From the NCBI GenBank assembly GCA_040954595.2, contig CM082581.2, forward strand, positions 5,076,699-5,140,698: a DNA stretch of 64,000 nt, in the 5' to 3' direction. A program made the translations under genes and the position numbers. Below are positions 42,740-60,803 of this stretch, piece by piece. Below the pieces are notes generated by a model, which was not told the origin of the DNA, made no database searches, and saw only the letters and a program-made list of their open reading frames with translations. Every line of letters begins with the position of its first letter. The stretch's first letter is position 1. Source of the DNA: Balanoglossus misakiensis (Eukaryota > Animalia > Hemichordata).

Positions 42740-43116
42740 GATTTTGAAAGGGACTATTTTTTTCTAGACTGAAAGATTCAGTCCTGTGCGCCCTCACAGG
42801 ACTGAATTTTACAGTATATTTTTCTTCATGCTCACATAAATGATTGGCAATACCAAAGTTATGTCGCAGTGAACCAAAGGAAAATCTGCAGACCATATGC
42901 AATAATGTCTTTATTGTTGTATTATTGTCAATTTTGGCCTCTATAGACCGAGAGATTGTCATTTGCATGGCTCCAGTTAAGAGATAGCAGAGCGCCCTCA
43001 CTGAATGTTTTAGACTATGGCTGCCACTGCTATTGATACTAAGTGGAACGAATTGTCCTTTCCTCACATGTGATTCAAACATGTAACTCTCCATGCAAGT
43101 AAGACCTTCAAGTTGG

Positions 43117-43575
43117 TAGTCTCGGTTACCCAGACGCCTTTGCTTCTTCCGATGCTCTCCAGAAAAAGGGTCTGGGGAAATGCTATTGAAAGCTTTGTAA
43201 AACAAAATGGCCGATGTCAGGATTTTGATCATCGCCTGATTGGCTGAGCTGTCAGTATGACCCGGGTCATTGCAATAGTTTCGACAATCGTCTACCAAAG
43301 ATATTTCATATAATTTCTCCAACAATGCTAACAGAGGACGCCTTTTGCCTTTCGCATCAACCAACAAGTACCGGTCTCTTGATATGAAGATACGACAAAT
43401 AATCACACATTGTCGAGAGTCAGTGACCCGGGTCATACTGACAGCTCAGCCAATCAGGCGATGATCAAAATCCTGACATCGGCCATTTTGTTTTACAAAG
43501 CTTTCAATAGCATTTCCCCAGACCCTTTTTCTGGAGAGCATCGGAAGAGCAAAGGCGTCTGGGTAACCGAGACTA
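43117..43575. mobile_element. 459-bp non-autonomous DNA transposon with ~153-bp TIRs and a 9-bp TSD (Academ/AcademH-like)
   Basis: TAGTCTCGGTTACCCAGAC...GTCTGGGTAACCGAGACTA; TIRs 43117-43269 and 43424-43575; TSD TCAAGTTGG at 43108-43116 and 43576-43584. The superfamily assignment is an inference from TAG..CTA ends plus the 9-bp TSD. Confidence 0.8.
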
Positions 43576-45332
43576 TCAAGTTGGTAGAAACATGGGGGTT
43601 GTCATGACAGAGTGTAGGCATAAATCAAATAAATTATAAAAATTAACAATTTCACATACATTTCCACCGAATATCATAGTAATCAGACGAATTAATTGTG
43701 AAATTTTTGACCCAATTTTTTTCTCCTTTTCACCAGTATTCCTTGTTGTTCTGTCATGCACTGAATTATCTAACATTTTCCACAGGGCTATTCAGATTTG
43801 AGATTTTTATGAAATATCCACACAATATTACTGATTGTCAGTCCGTGCTGTACATGTCCAACGCAATGGCAAATGTCTACAATGTCAGGAAGCAGTGAAT
43901 CCCAGCAAATACCTCGATTGACGGTTCATTAACAATCCAAACACATATCCTCAAAACAAAACAAATACAAGATACTGCATGAAATAATAACAATTTATTG
44001 CTATTCACAGCCACCAGTCCATATGCAAAAAATACATCACTTGAATTATATTGTATCAGTGCAAGAAATACATTGTCTTGATTTGACGAGAACCTGTTTC
44101 AGTTTTAATTGTTTTTATATTTGCAAGCCATGGCTAATTACAGCATTCAACACTGTTATATTGGCTCCAGAATATATAAATTTCGCACATAAAACAAACA
44201 AAGTGGAGGGGCATGAATAAGATATCAGAGAATTATTTCTGTAACTTCAAACAAATCTGAAACTTGTTGTTATGAATGTTTCAATGCATGGTTGTTTATA
44301 ACTTCTACATCAAAGTTTCCAGAAGTCTAGACTTTAACTGTAGCCCCTCTTTTATCAATTCGCATGTTTAAAAATGAACAAGATGGTGTTGATAAAATAT
44401 ATAATAGCAATAACAATCCCTTTGATGGGTATTGATATTTTGCTAACACTTCACATATATATTATACACATGCTATATATTCTTTCAGAGAACATCCCTT
44501 GATCATTTTTTTCATTTAACCACATCAGGATATACTGTACAATATCTTTCATAAATGTGAAATAAAACGAAAATTTATATAAGAAATTTACAAATCTATT
44601 TCTTTCTAACTCCTTGAATACTTAGTTAAAAAATTACAAACGTTGATACATGTTACATCTGTGTTCTAAAATTAATGTTTCCAAGAACGTGAGTTTTATA
44701 TTATTTTTCATGTTATTATATTCAAATACAACATAGCTATACCTACAGTAAAACAAGTGTCCTCACTACCAAAAAAACCCATTAAATGTTGTTGTTTTCG
44801 ATATGACAGTTTAAAAAAAGGTGATTTAAATTTGACAAAATGCTTACAGAAGTGTGATTCCAGTTACCGGTATGTTGTCAAACACTGCTCATGAACACAC
44901 AATCTAAAACTATAACAACATAAAAAGAATAATAACTTATGACTTGTAAGTCATGTATGGCCACCACCACCAGGGAGTATACTATCCGGCATTAAATGCC
45001 AGAACTTGATAAATCTAATCTATCATCAAGGACAAAATAATATTTTCAAAGGCAATATGGCCTAGTAAAGAGAATCCAAAACACATCTCCAAAGGATATC
45101 TTTGGTAGGCAATTATGGCAAATATAGAAACTTTTAAAATCCACATAGATTTGTATCTTTAGTGGTGGATGAACCCCCCAATTCATGAAACTTTACAGCA
45201 TGAGCTCATACATACAAGAATTTCAACAGCTTGGATTACAAAATACAGAAAGTCAAATAATCTGCGTCAGTTTTACTGATCAAATATATGACGCGACAGT
45301 TCTCAATCAGGCTGACGTGGGAAATATGTTCT

Positions 45333-50537
<5,205 letters not shown>

Positions 50538-50598
50538 CTGTAGAGAGAATAAAGTCAATCATTTAAACCTTTAAGAACTGTATACTAACATCATTTAA

Positions 50599-51331
50599 GG
50601 TGGCATTGCATGAAAAGTTGTGATTTTTGCCAAATTTTACTTTTTTACATAAATCGGTAGGCCTAAAACTGACCCACAACCTGACTAATACGTCTTGGCG
50701 GAAATGGTGCATAATCACCCCAAAATAGCACTTTTCTGAATGAGTTCACAGCTTAACAAATAGGTGTCAACAATGCAAATAGCCGTTTTTCTCAGTTTGC
50801 ATTTTCGCTGCTCTTGACAACTTCGGACTAAAATAGCTTCGCCCTGCGTTGGCCGAATTTGCTCAAATTTTGACAGGGAATTGTGTATGACCCATCCAAC
50901 AAAACGCTAGTTTTGTTTGTCGGTAAAGTGTCCCTGGCGGGAATAAACTCTGATTCAATACAACTCACCGTGAATTTGATCAAATTTTCTGAAAATCTAA
51001 CTTTTAAACGCTGTTACTCCTCAATGGAAGCAGATAACGCAAAACAAAATTAGCGTTTTTTTTCACGTGTACTCTAGTTTTGAATGACATATTAAGATGC
51101 ATGATGCATGGTCAACTTTTTTACCTATTTTAAATTTCATGACATAATATCAAAAAATGGTTTTTTTCACCCAAAATCGCCACCATTTCCGGGGATCAAT
51201 AATATTTGCAACTCAAACAAAAGTTCAAAATCTCAGCTTCCAGAATATATATGGTTTATGGGGGTTTTAACTTTTTCTTTGATGAGAAATAGGCCTCTGA
51301 AAAAGTCTCGACGGTTTCATGCAGTGCCACC
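50599..51331. mobile_element. 733-bp Kolobok-like non-autonomous element in an intron
   Basis: 17-bp TIR GGTGGCA(T/C)TGCATGAAA with one mismatch; TTAA on both flanks (50595-50598, 51332-51335). Confidence 0.82.
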
Positions 51332-51596
51332 TTAACAGACAGGAGTAAATACTAGGCATTTTTAACGTCATCATGAACTCGTTTGTGCTACGTTCTATAT
51401 GCGAATTAGCCCCTACCCTTACTCATGAATACCAAATATATGTGTACAAAAATGTACAGTTGCTTTGCCTGGCAACATGTCTTACAAAGTTCCCTTGTCG
51501 ACTGGCACAATGAATCTACCAAAAACCTCGCAAATGCAGTGTTTCAAAGCACAATTATTTGTACAAGATGCTATTCTTATTTTGGAGTAAACTTAC

Positions 51597-54500
51597 CTGC
51601 ACTTGCAACTGTGTATTTGCTGGTTGTGATGAACTAACTGTAGCAGAAGCAACGGAATTCACAGTTGTGGCTTCCTGTGCCTCTTGTACTTTCTTCTCTA
51701 TGGGCTCGATATGCACAAAGTCTTCACCTTCATACTGTTATAATACATGTATAACCAGCAATATTAGTATTGCAAAGAATCAGAATATACAGAAAATTCT
51801 ACAAAACCCTTTTGGTCAACTTTAGGGACTGTCCAGAATTTACTTCCAGGGTGGGGCTGGAGGATTTCTTATTTTCCTGGTGATTTTTTTCCATGGCCCC
51901 CCCTTGTAAATTGTGGAGGAAATCTGTGGCCCCCCCCGTAAATTTCCTGTTTTTTTTCCATGACCCCCCCCCAATATATACATGCATGCTTACCGGTACA
52001 GACTACGACACATACAGTCTGATAAGGCTGCATTTACAAACACCTCTGGAAAGGGGGGGGGGGGGAGAATTAATTTTTTTTTACCGTTAATTTTCACATG
52101 CCCCCCCTACACAACCCGAAATATTTTCAAATCCCCCCCTTCCGAACAGCTTAAAATTTTGAAATCAACCCCCCCCCCCATTTTCTTTCACACAGCAAAA
52201 CACATCACCTATCTATCTTGTAAAAAAAGAAAAACAGCGCTCCCATGAAAACAATTTGAAACTGATGTTTTTCCTCATCAGTGGATATTAAAACTGAACA
52301 TTGTTTATATTTGTTAAGTATTTGTATTCTGTGTTGGCAGATATTGTAAACCGAGAAGTGAAGGGGGTGGGTTTGGGAGGGGGTGTCCCTCAAAGCTGCA
52401 TTTTAATGAACCCAAAAGCAAATTAACTTTTTATATACATATATGAATGATTGATGAGAAAATTAACGAATTCTAGTCTGGACTTGAATTGAGCTCGTCA
52501 ACAGTAACAACACTGACTGTTCACTGTACATTTATGGTCTGTGCTGGCAGGCCAAATACTGGGCATTTTATTATGCTTCACAGAGTAGAACAAGAAACTG
52601 TAGTAGATATACAAAATAACCCACCGTAAAAATTACCGGAAATTCAAGCTTATGAAGATTTAATGCACTGTCATCCAGGTAGCCATGGTGGTTTGTTTCT
52701 TATAAATCAGTACTTCCGGGCAAATATTGAGTTTGTGAGAGTTTTTTACATGGCCCCCCCTAAAGGATTGTGATTTTTATGTCTGACCCCCCCTAATTTT
52801 TTGGGGGGAAAATGGGTGGCCCCCCCTGAAAATCCTCCAGCCCCCCCCTGGAAGTAAATTCTGGACAGTCCCTTATAACACAAGAATTAAATCATGATAC
52901 ATATACAATTTTCATGATACATACATACATACATACATACATACATACATACATACATACATACATACATACATACATACATACATACATACATACATAC
53001 ATACATACATACATTACATATACATACATTACATGACATGTGCATGTTTTTCAAAAAATGCTGTTTTAAATCTGTCCCATGTATTATACATTAACTTGTT
53101 ATCTCAACAGAATATGCAACCCTGGAAATTTAAACTAACCTGTGCATGCAGTTGTGAATCTGGTTGAGTTTGTAGTGATGGACTGCCAGTGTCAGTAATC
53201 ACCTCATCTGAATTTGGAACTTCAGTTTCCAGCGTCTGCTTTCTCCGTTCACGTTTATCCTTTTTGTCTCTCTTAGGCTCAGGCTGTGAAAAGATAATAA
53301 AATCAACAGTTAACAAAACTTACAGAACAAATCATCATCTATGTATCTCACCAAAATGAAAACTGGTACATTACATGCAAAGCGACTTTTCAAAAGTGGA
53401 ATCAGCTTTAATAAAAAGGCATTGCATGTATGATAAATCAACATAATATGCAACCTTGGATAATTTAACTGACCTGTGCATGCAGGTGAGAATCTGGTTG
53501 GGTTTGTAGTGATAAACTGACAGTGTTAGTAGTCACCTCATCTGAATTAGGAACTTCATTTTCCTGTGTTTGCTTTCTCTGTACATGTTCAATACTCTCC
53601 TTGTTTCTCTCAGTCTGAGGCTGTGAATAGATATGATAATCAACACTTTACAAAGCTTACAGTACAAATACATTGTATAGTATTCCAATACCTGACCAGA
53701 TGATTATATGAAACAAACATACAGGCAATGTCTTAGTCCCTTGGACATCGTCTGTTGGACTTAAAATGACCTGAAGACACCATGATAGAATAATAGAATG
53801 AAATTAGTCAATCACATGCTAAAATTCTTACTGTATTTGCTCCCAAATGCCCAAGATCCAAGAGTAAACACCTGGCATTTTCTGTGAAAACCAAGTCACT
53901 GGCATGATCATTATCTGTATAATGTACTTCTTGTGAATTATCCTGTCCCAGTCGTTGCTCCATTTCTTTCTTGGCTGTCATGATATCCACAGGTCCACCA
54001 AAGGTCAAAAGGTGATTCAGATACGACTGCATACTCTCTGCACTGACAAGTTTGTGTTCCAAGAGTTCTATCTGAGAATCAATCTTTTTACGCTTTGGTG
54101 CATAAACATCACTGACTTCAGCCTGTAACTTTATTTCTTGTTGCTTGAGTTTATCAAAGACACTTTTAGCAAAGTCTTTGATATGTGACTCAGCAGTTCT
54201 TTTCATTTTCTCCAAATCAACTCCATCACTTGAAACTCTATCCTTCGTCTGTTTCAAATCATTCACTCTCTGTTCAACTGTTTTGGTGTACTTCTTCATT
54301 GTTGGCATGTACTTCTCCAGAGCAGACTCTATTGATATTGTTTTATGCTCTGGTGGTACATGGTGAATGATACTACATTTCATACATGTTGGCAACTGAC
54401 AAGTGTCACAGTAGAATTCTAACTGAGTGCTAGGATGACTCTCACAGAATCGTGGTTGGATCATTCTGAAATGCTGTGAAGACATTTTCTCATTATATTC

Positions 54501-54947
54501 TTCAACTGTCATCACTTTATGATCCCTGAGTGATCTCACCCCTCGGTGAGTTCGAATGCACTCTTCACAAAAGAACTGACCACAGTCTGTGCACCAGTGT
54601 TTAGCTTCACTGTCACATTCTTCAGATCCTTCACAGACAGATCTTGATTGTTCGGTCCCAGGACTGATGTCGCTGATAAGCTGAAGTAGGTCATTCATGA
54701 AGCGATTGTTGGTGATGGATTTTACACCTCCAGAGGGCAAAGGGTGCAATTCTTTACATGTTGGACAGATCAGCTGACCATTGCTTTCATTAACCCACTC
54801 CGTCAGGCAAACTTCACAATATGTGTGATAACATGGCAATATTTTAGGTGATTTAAAACGCTCCAAGCAGATTGCACATAGCATTATTTGTTCATTGATA
54901 TCAGTTAAAACTTTGTCACTCGAACCAGGTGTTGCAGCCGTAGCCAT
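51597..54947 (-). CDS. TRIM (RING-Bbox1-Bbox2-coiled coil; TRIM56/TRIM2/3-like) exon plus phase-0 linker exons, probably spliced onto the DTX3L-like part
   Basis: Exon 54947-53832 (MATAATPG..CAICLERFKSPKILPCYHTYC..CPTC; CEGSEEC..WCTDCGQFFCEECIRTH; FCESHP..FYCDTCQLPTCMKCSIIHH..H; coiled coil) ends at ACA|gtaaga. Downstream open phase-0 exons: 53770-53723 (optional), 53620-53474, 53283-53140, 51734-51597. Confidence 0.8.
51824..52873. mobile_element. ~1,050-bp MITE with ~43-bp TIRs and C/G-run-rich subterminal regions
   Basis: AGGGACTGTCCAGAATTTACTTCCAGGG..GGCTGGAGGATTT versus AAATCCTCCAGCC..CCCTGGAAGTAAATTCTGGACAGTCCCT; AT-rich flanks. Confidence 0.8.
52917..53030. repeat. (CATA)n microsatellite
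   Basis: More than 20 ATAC units. Confidence 0.95.
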
Positions 54948-57305
54948 GTTGGATCCACTTATTATAAACGTTTCACCTGCAAAAACACAATATTTTAAGT
55001 AAATTACTAAGTGGAAGAATTCATGGTAGATAATTTTCTGATTCACGCAGGTGGTATTTTAATGGCCGTACTGGTGTATTTTATCATCTGCTACTTATCC
55101 CAACTGGTTTTCAAGTATCATGGTATTGTAAAACATGTTATTTTTGCGAACAATTCATTTTCCTGAAATCCGCGAGAGCCAAAAGAACGAGAAATTAAAA
55201 GTTGCGTAAATTTTTTCTGAGATAACGATGCAGTAAATGAAATAAGAGAACGCGAAAATTAATTCTCGCGTAACACTTGCCTCTTTTGATATCACGAAAA
55301 TTAATGTTTTACATTATATGCAAATAACGAACCAGAGTGAGGAGCATTTTTCATATAACTACGCTATCAGCATGTTTGTTTGGCGAAGAAACTCTAATGG
55401 TGGAAATAACTTTCGTCCAATCACAATGCTCGTAATTACTGGCCAATGAGAGCCATATTTACAATTTCTTCTTCAGCGCAACGCAGCCAGCGGCGGAAAT
55501 GGGGCAGATGTGGACTGGCTTTCGTTATGATAATGTGATGTGTAATTGTAATTGATTTATTTTATCGAAAGAAAAAAATGTGCGTTTCGTCGCGTCCAGG
55601 GTCTCTCTGTTGCACTAAAATAAAAAGCTATGACGTCGATCGTCCTCAACGCAATGTTTTCTTCATAAGTAAACATTATTCATTGCATAGCGCCGATGTA
55701 GCTGTTATATTTGATAGGCTTTTGCTAGTCACCGCGACACTGACACTGTCCTGTTTTCTGGATGCACGCGAAAGATCCCAAAAAATATTTCAGACTATCC
55801 GCCACATTTACGGTTGTAAACAAGCGCCCGTGAAACCAAACTGCGACGTAAGAGGTTTATACACATGATATATACCATTGACGTCACCGTGGCAAATGAG
55901 TGTTCGCCTGACTACGTGCACGGTACACGACCAGGCGGGCACAATGCAGAACCCGGATCTTTGTTCATACGTTTTTTCACAGTCGTGGAGTGACCGTGGT
56001 TTTTTTCATCGGATATCGAGTATTGCATTTGTTCACAACAGTTTACAATTCACTATGGTTGACTAAATTGACGCCAATCTTACGAGGAAACTCACCTTCA
56101 ATATCATGCGATGGGGACCACACTAAACACAGTCATTTATAGCGCAACATTAATTCTGCGATTCTCGTCTCGGGCCAAATGTGATAGGTAAAGGCGAGCA
56201 TGCGCAATCAAGTTAATATGTTACAAACTGTTAATAAGTTGCATGACGATGTGACCGCAAAAATGTACACGTTATTTTGAAACGAACAATTATTATTCCA
56301 ATATTGAGATATTTATCTAATTTCAACCAAAACATGTAGTTGTTTATCGTGTCGATATTTTGCGGTACGTGCGCTCTACGGGCCTGGTTATACAGTTTTC
56401 AATTTACCGTTTGCGTGCATATTTTACCTGTTGTAAGCTTATTCTGTACATATGCATCAGCCTCAGGGTCTGTGACACTAAATCATATTATCATGGACCA
56501 CTCTCCTGTGGGAAATATTCCCCTTGTATGTTTTTTTTCACAGTCCATAATGATGAAAAAACAACCATTCTCCGCGATTTGCTGCTGTTCACATAACGGA
56601 TTCTTATTTTTCCTGCGCGTGGGGTTTGATATAGTGGACATTGGTTAACGATATATGTCAACTTGTAATTCTAGTATTTACAATAAGAAAATATGTTGAA
56701 CCACGATTCACCTACATTGCACGTTCATTTGATGCAATACATGTACTTCGACCACGGATGTACAGTGGTACCAGCTCCCATGCATATAGGCCTACGCCCA
56801 TAAAACTGGATAGGCCTACATTTGGCACAGGGAGACAAATTTCAACATTAAAAATAGTCAATGTCCCAATAATAAAATGCCTAATATCTTGAGCGCATCC
56901 CTTTTCATCGTTTATCATACAAGGCATGACGGTGTTTGTATAGGACTAACAAAATCACGAGCTATGTATCATGTATCCCCGCCCGTTTTTTGATAAATTG
57001 GTTCTATTTTCCGGCCGTGCATGTGCTGAAACAAACTTACATTAATTTACATGTTTGAAAAGATGGGACTACAGGCAAATAATGACTTGTCTTGTCATTT
57101 TAATTCTTCTTATAGTTCCAAGTTCGTAAAGATGGTATAACCATACTCCAGCGACTCATTCGCATTTGTTCAATGGCATTCATGCATTTTTTGGATGATT
57201 GTTAGCCTCCAACAACGGAACAAACTTGTTAATAAAAGGCGCAACTTTCAATCCCTGGTTCTCGCATTAGTAAATGTTTCTCCTAGTAAAACATTAGGCT
57301 AGTCG

Positions 57306-57371
<66 letters not shown>
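57306..57371. repeat. (CAT)n microsatellite
   Basis: About 22 CAT units. Confidence 0.95.
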
Positions 57372-60300
57372 TCCTAAGTTTCCAGTGCTCTGAGTTTTGG
57401 CCGGACTGAGATTTTGTCTCCATCGTGATCCAGTTACCCACGAACCCTCATTTTACACTGTGTCTTATCGCACATGACCATGTGAATGAAGGCTCAACTA
57501 GATGTTGGGTCGGTCTAGATTTCAAGTCAGCCCGAGTGGACCCCTCTTCCTTAGCCACGACCAAACTAAGGCGCCCCAAGGCCGACGAAGTCTGTGCTAA
57601 ATGAACCGTTCAGGCGAATTGCACCTTTTGCTTTAACTTTGTTTGAAATGGGCAGCTCAAACAGCCTTGTATTGTTTAATCGAAAAGTACAGAGCGACTC
57701 ATTGCTATGACAAACCTCCTTAAAATACATTACCAATTACGTGAACGGCTCCTAGTAGAGTAGCTGGTGTTTGTATTTGATATCGATTTATAGTATGAGG
57801 TCAAAACAGTGTCACACACTCTGACACAATCAATGGGACAATGGAGTACAATGATGTATGTTTTTCATGGGGGGGGGGGGTCGAGAGATCTTCATACTAT
57901 GATACATATATTTAAAAAAACAAGGCCTGTGACAGGAGTCAGCTGGATCGATATTGATTAAGAACAGGTTCCTATCTTGACTGTCGCCAATAAATTGTCC
58001 CACAATTTATGTGTCAGGTAGCACTGATAAGTTTGTCCACTACCACTGACATAGATGGAAGCAGCTTTTTATCTGCAAATCAACCTGAAATTGTAACCTG
58101 AGTAATTGATATTGTATCAAGCAAACATTTCTCTTTTCTCAGAGATAGTAGCTAACCTAGCTAGGAGGTCTGGCCGCACCAGTCAGAACCTCTAGGTAGG
58201 TTAGAATTATCCACGCGTTACAATCTCTGTACATGGGTCCTTGTCAACACATGTACACATAAGTTATTTTGTGAAGAAACCTATATTATTACCCAGTGCT
58301 CGATGCAGGTTACTTTTGAATTGTGTACTACTGATTTGGAGAGTGGCAGTCCCTGCCTCTCAATGAATACTTTATATTCTTGTGAGGATTCTAGTTAGTT
58401 CAGCATAAACATCAAATCGACAAGCACATCATCCAAGACAGTTAAATGATTTAATGTTTTCACAAATACACTACATCCAGATACATTGATTGGCACCCAA
58501 AAATGTTTACAGATTCTCTGTAACTTGAATTCTTTCATCCAAAAATCAAAGCATGTTATCGTCTTGATTTGAACAAGTTCAAAGATGCATTATTCATTAA
58601 CAAGAATAGCAAGCTGAATCACATAATATCAGTCATGTTCATCTTAATGTACATATATACTGAATAAATGGCAGTCTACCAAAAATCAGCTAAAACAATT
58701 TTAGCATTTGTATATGTTGTCAAAATTTAAAAAAAAGTGATGAAACCCATTACATTTATATGTTAACTTGTTTCCATGGAAATGTTTTTCCCACGAAAAA
58801 CAAGTGTTACAAGAAATTTACAATTTGTAGGTTTCACATATAATGTAGACATGGCAAGTACAATAAATTAGATGTATTTGTCAATCAAATTATTTTACAA
58901 AACTGTAATCTTTCACCCAAACCTCAACCAAAAATATTCGAATATAACCGAGTTGAACTAATACTAGAAATACATGTTGCTTTTTGCAAGTTTTTTTTAA
59001 CACAGCACTAGATAGATTTTTATGATTTACAAGTCACTGCTGGATAAAAAGATTAATTTTTTTTTGAAGAAGTCGTTTCATAGAAATGGATTGAAAATTT
59101 GTGACAATGATACTGCAGCAGCCATGTTGACATGATGCAGATTGACAAGCATATAAGTACCATGTGCAACCGATGCTAGAAGCTCACCGGCTACACATTA
59201 AATGGCCATAACACGTTATGGCTGATGATGCAGACATGTTTAGAAATTCTCAAACTTCTCATAATCATATTTTTTTTAAGTGGAGACACTGTAAAATTGG
59301 CAGATTTGAATAATTCAATGTTTTCCCAGATATAGTAATATAGTAATAGCTAAAATTCAAGTTTCAATGAAAGCAGTTCTGGCATGTCTGAGTATATGCA
59401 TGTCCGAGTATGTCTGAATCTCTCTCTACAAATTCAAATCCACCAATGATATATATGCTTCATATCATCTGTTGTTTGTGATCGACTTTCATGTGTACTG
59501 GTATAGATGTCGTTATTCTTTAATTACATGATATCTCATACTGTTGTCATAAAATTTGCAACAGCTCCCAAAAAATGTGAAAATAAAAAGTCGCATAAAA
59601 TGTTTTTCGAGATAACGATGCTGATAGTGAAATACAAGAATGCAAAAATTAATCATCGCGTAACAGTTGCAGTGAGAGTAAATATATGACACCTCAAACG
59701 TTTGATGTTGGTAAATCATTTTTGTTTTCATTCTCCTAATTTGTAGGATAGCTTTGTTACCACAATCTACATAGTATGCCCCTCCCCACCCCCCACCCCA
59801 GGTATACAGTATGCTGTACTATTAGTATTAAAGTATTAGCCAAAGAACTGAGACAAGAAAAGTAACAATCTGCAGGATTGTGTAAACCAAAGCAATCTGG
59901 CAAAATATCTTCTGGAAAAGATTTTTGTTACCAATGGGAAAAATGTTGCCACTTTTTACATAATTGAAAATTGTACCTCATTTTGATAAAATCCAAATGA
60001 CAACATCCATGCAAACAAATTTTGAAACAAACAGAATGTCTTAGAAAGAATTCTGACAGACACTAAATGAACGTAAGAATAATATTAATTGTTCTTCATT
60101 TCATTGTAATTGAATAAACCTGAATGAGAACATCCATTGATCATGTAAATTTGGTGGAGTCACCCTCAAATGTACAGTCACCATTTAAACTACAATGCAG
60201 GAAATTCTAAGATCCTATTTGACTTGGTTCTCAGGGTTCTACATATGCTTATACACATTACATTCAGATGACAGGCACATATCCGGCCTAAAATAGTAAA

Positions 60301-60803
60301 AGAAGACTTTGTATTGCCACACATTTGTATGGCAAATTAAAAAATAACAAAAAAATATCACACATATAACTACTGGAGCTTCCTTGACTTTTGTTTCTGA
60401 AAAAAAATACAACTGTCAAGGGGAATTTATGCTCTTGCTGCCTTACAATTGTATAAAAATCCTTATTCACTGTTCAGTGTCTATGTCTTCTAGTTCAGAA
60501 TATAAACTCTGCATGCCTCCAGCCAACAAAAGCACTGGATGCAAACCAAAGCACAATAAAGGAAAGAAAATGCAGGTAGATCAAATAAAGTGGATGGCAC
60601 AAAAAATTGTAATTATTCAGAGCTTTCTTGTTCGAATGTACATCTTGGATTCAGTGATTTGCACACAACTCTGATGGGCACCTGGACTCGAGTTTTTGAA
60701 AATGAGAGTCCACGATACTTCAAATGAATATCCGTGATGCATTTCATAGGAAATGTGTGAGGCCAGGGAGGTTGACGGGACTCTTTTGCTCAATTTGGTC
60801 TCT

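Noticed and set aside
42735-43436. 233-aa minus-strand ORF
   Set aside because: Starts inside and reads through a MITE TIR, ends in a microsatellite, and has no recognisable domain.
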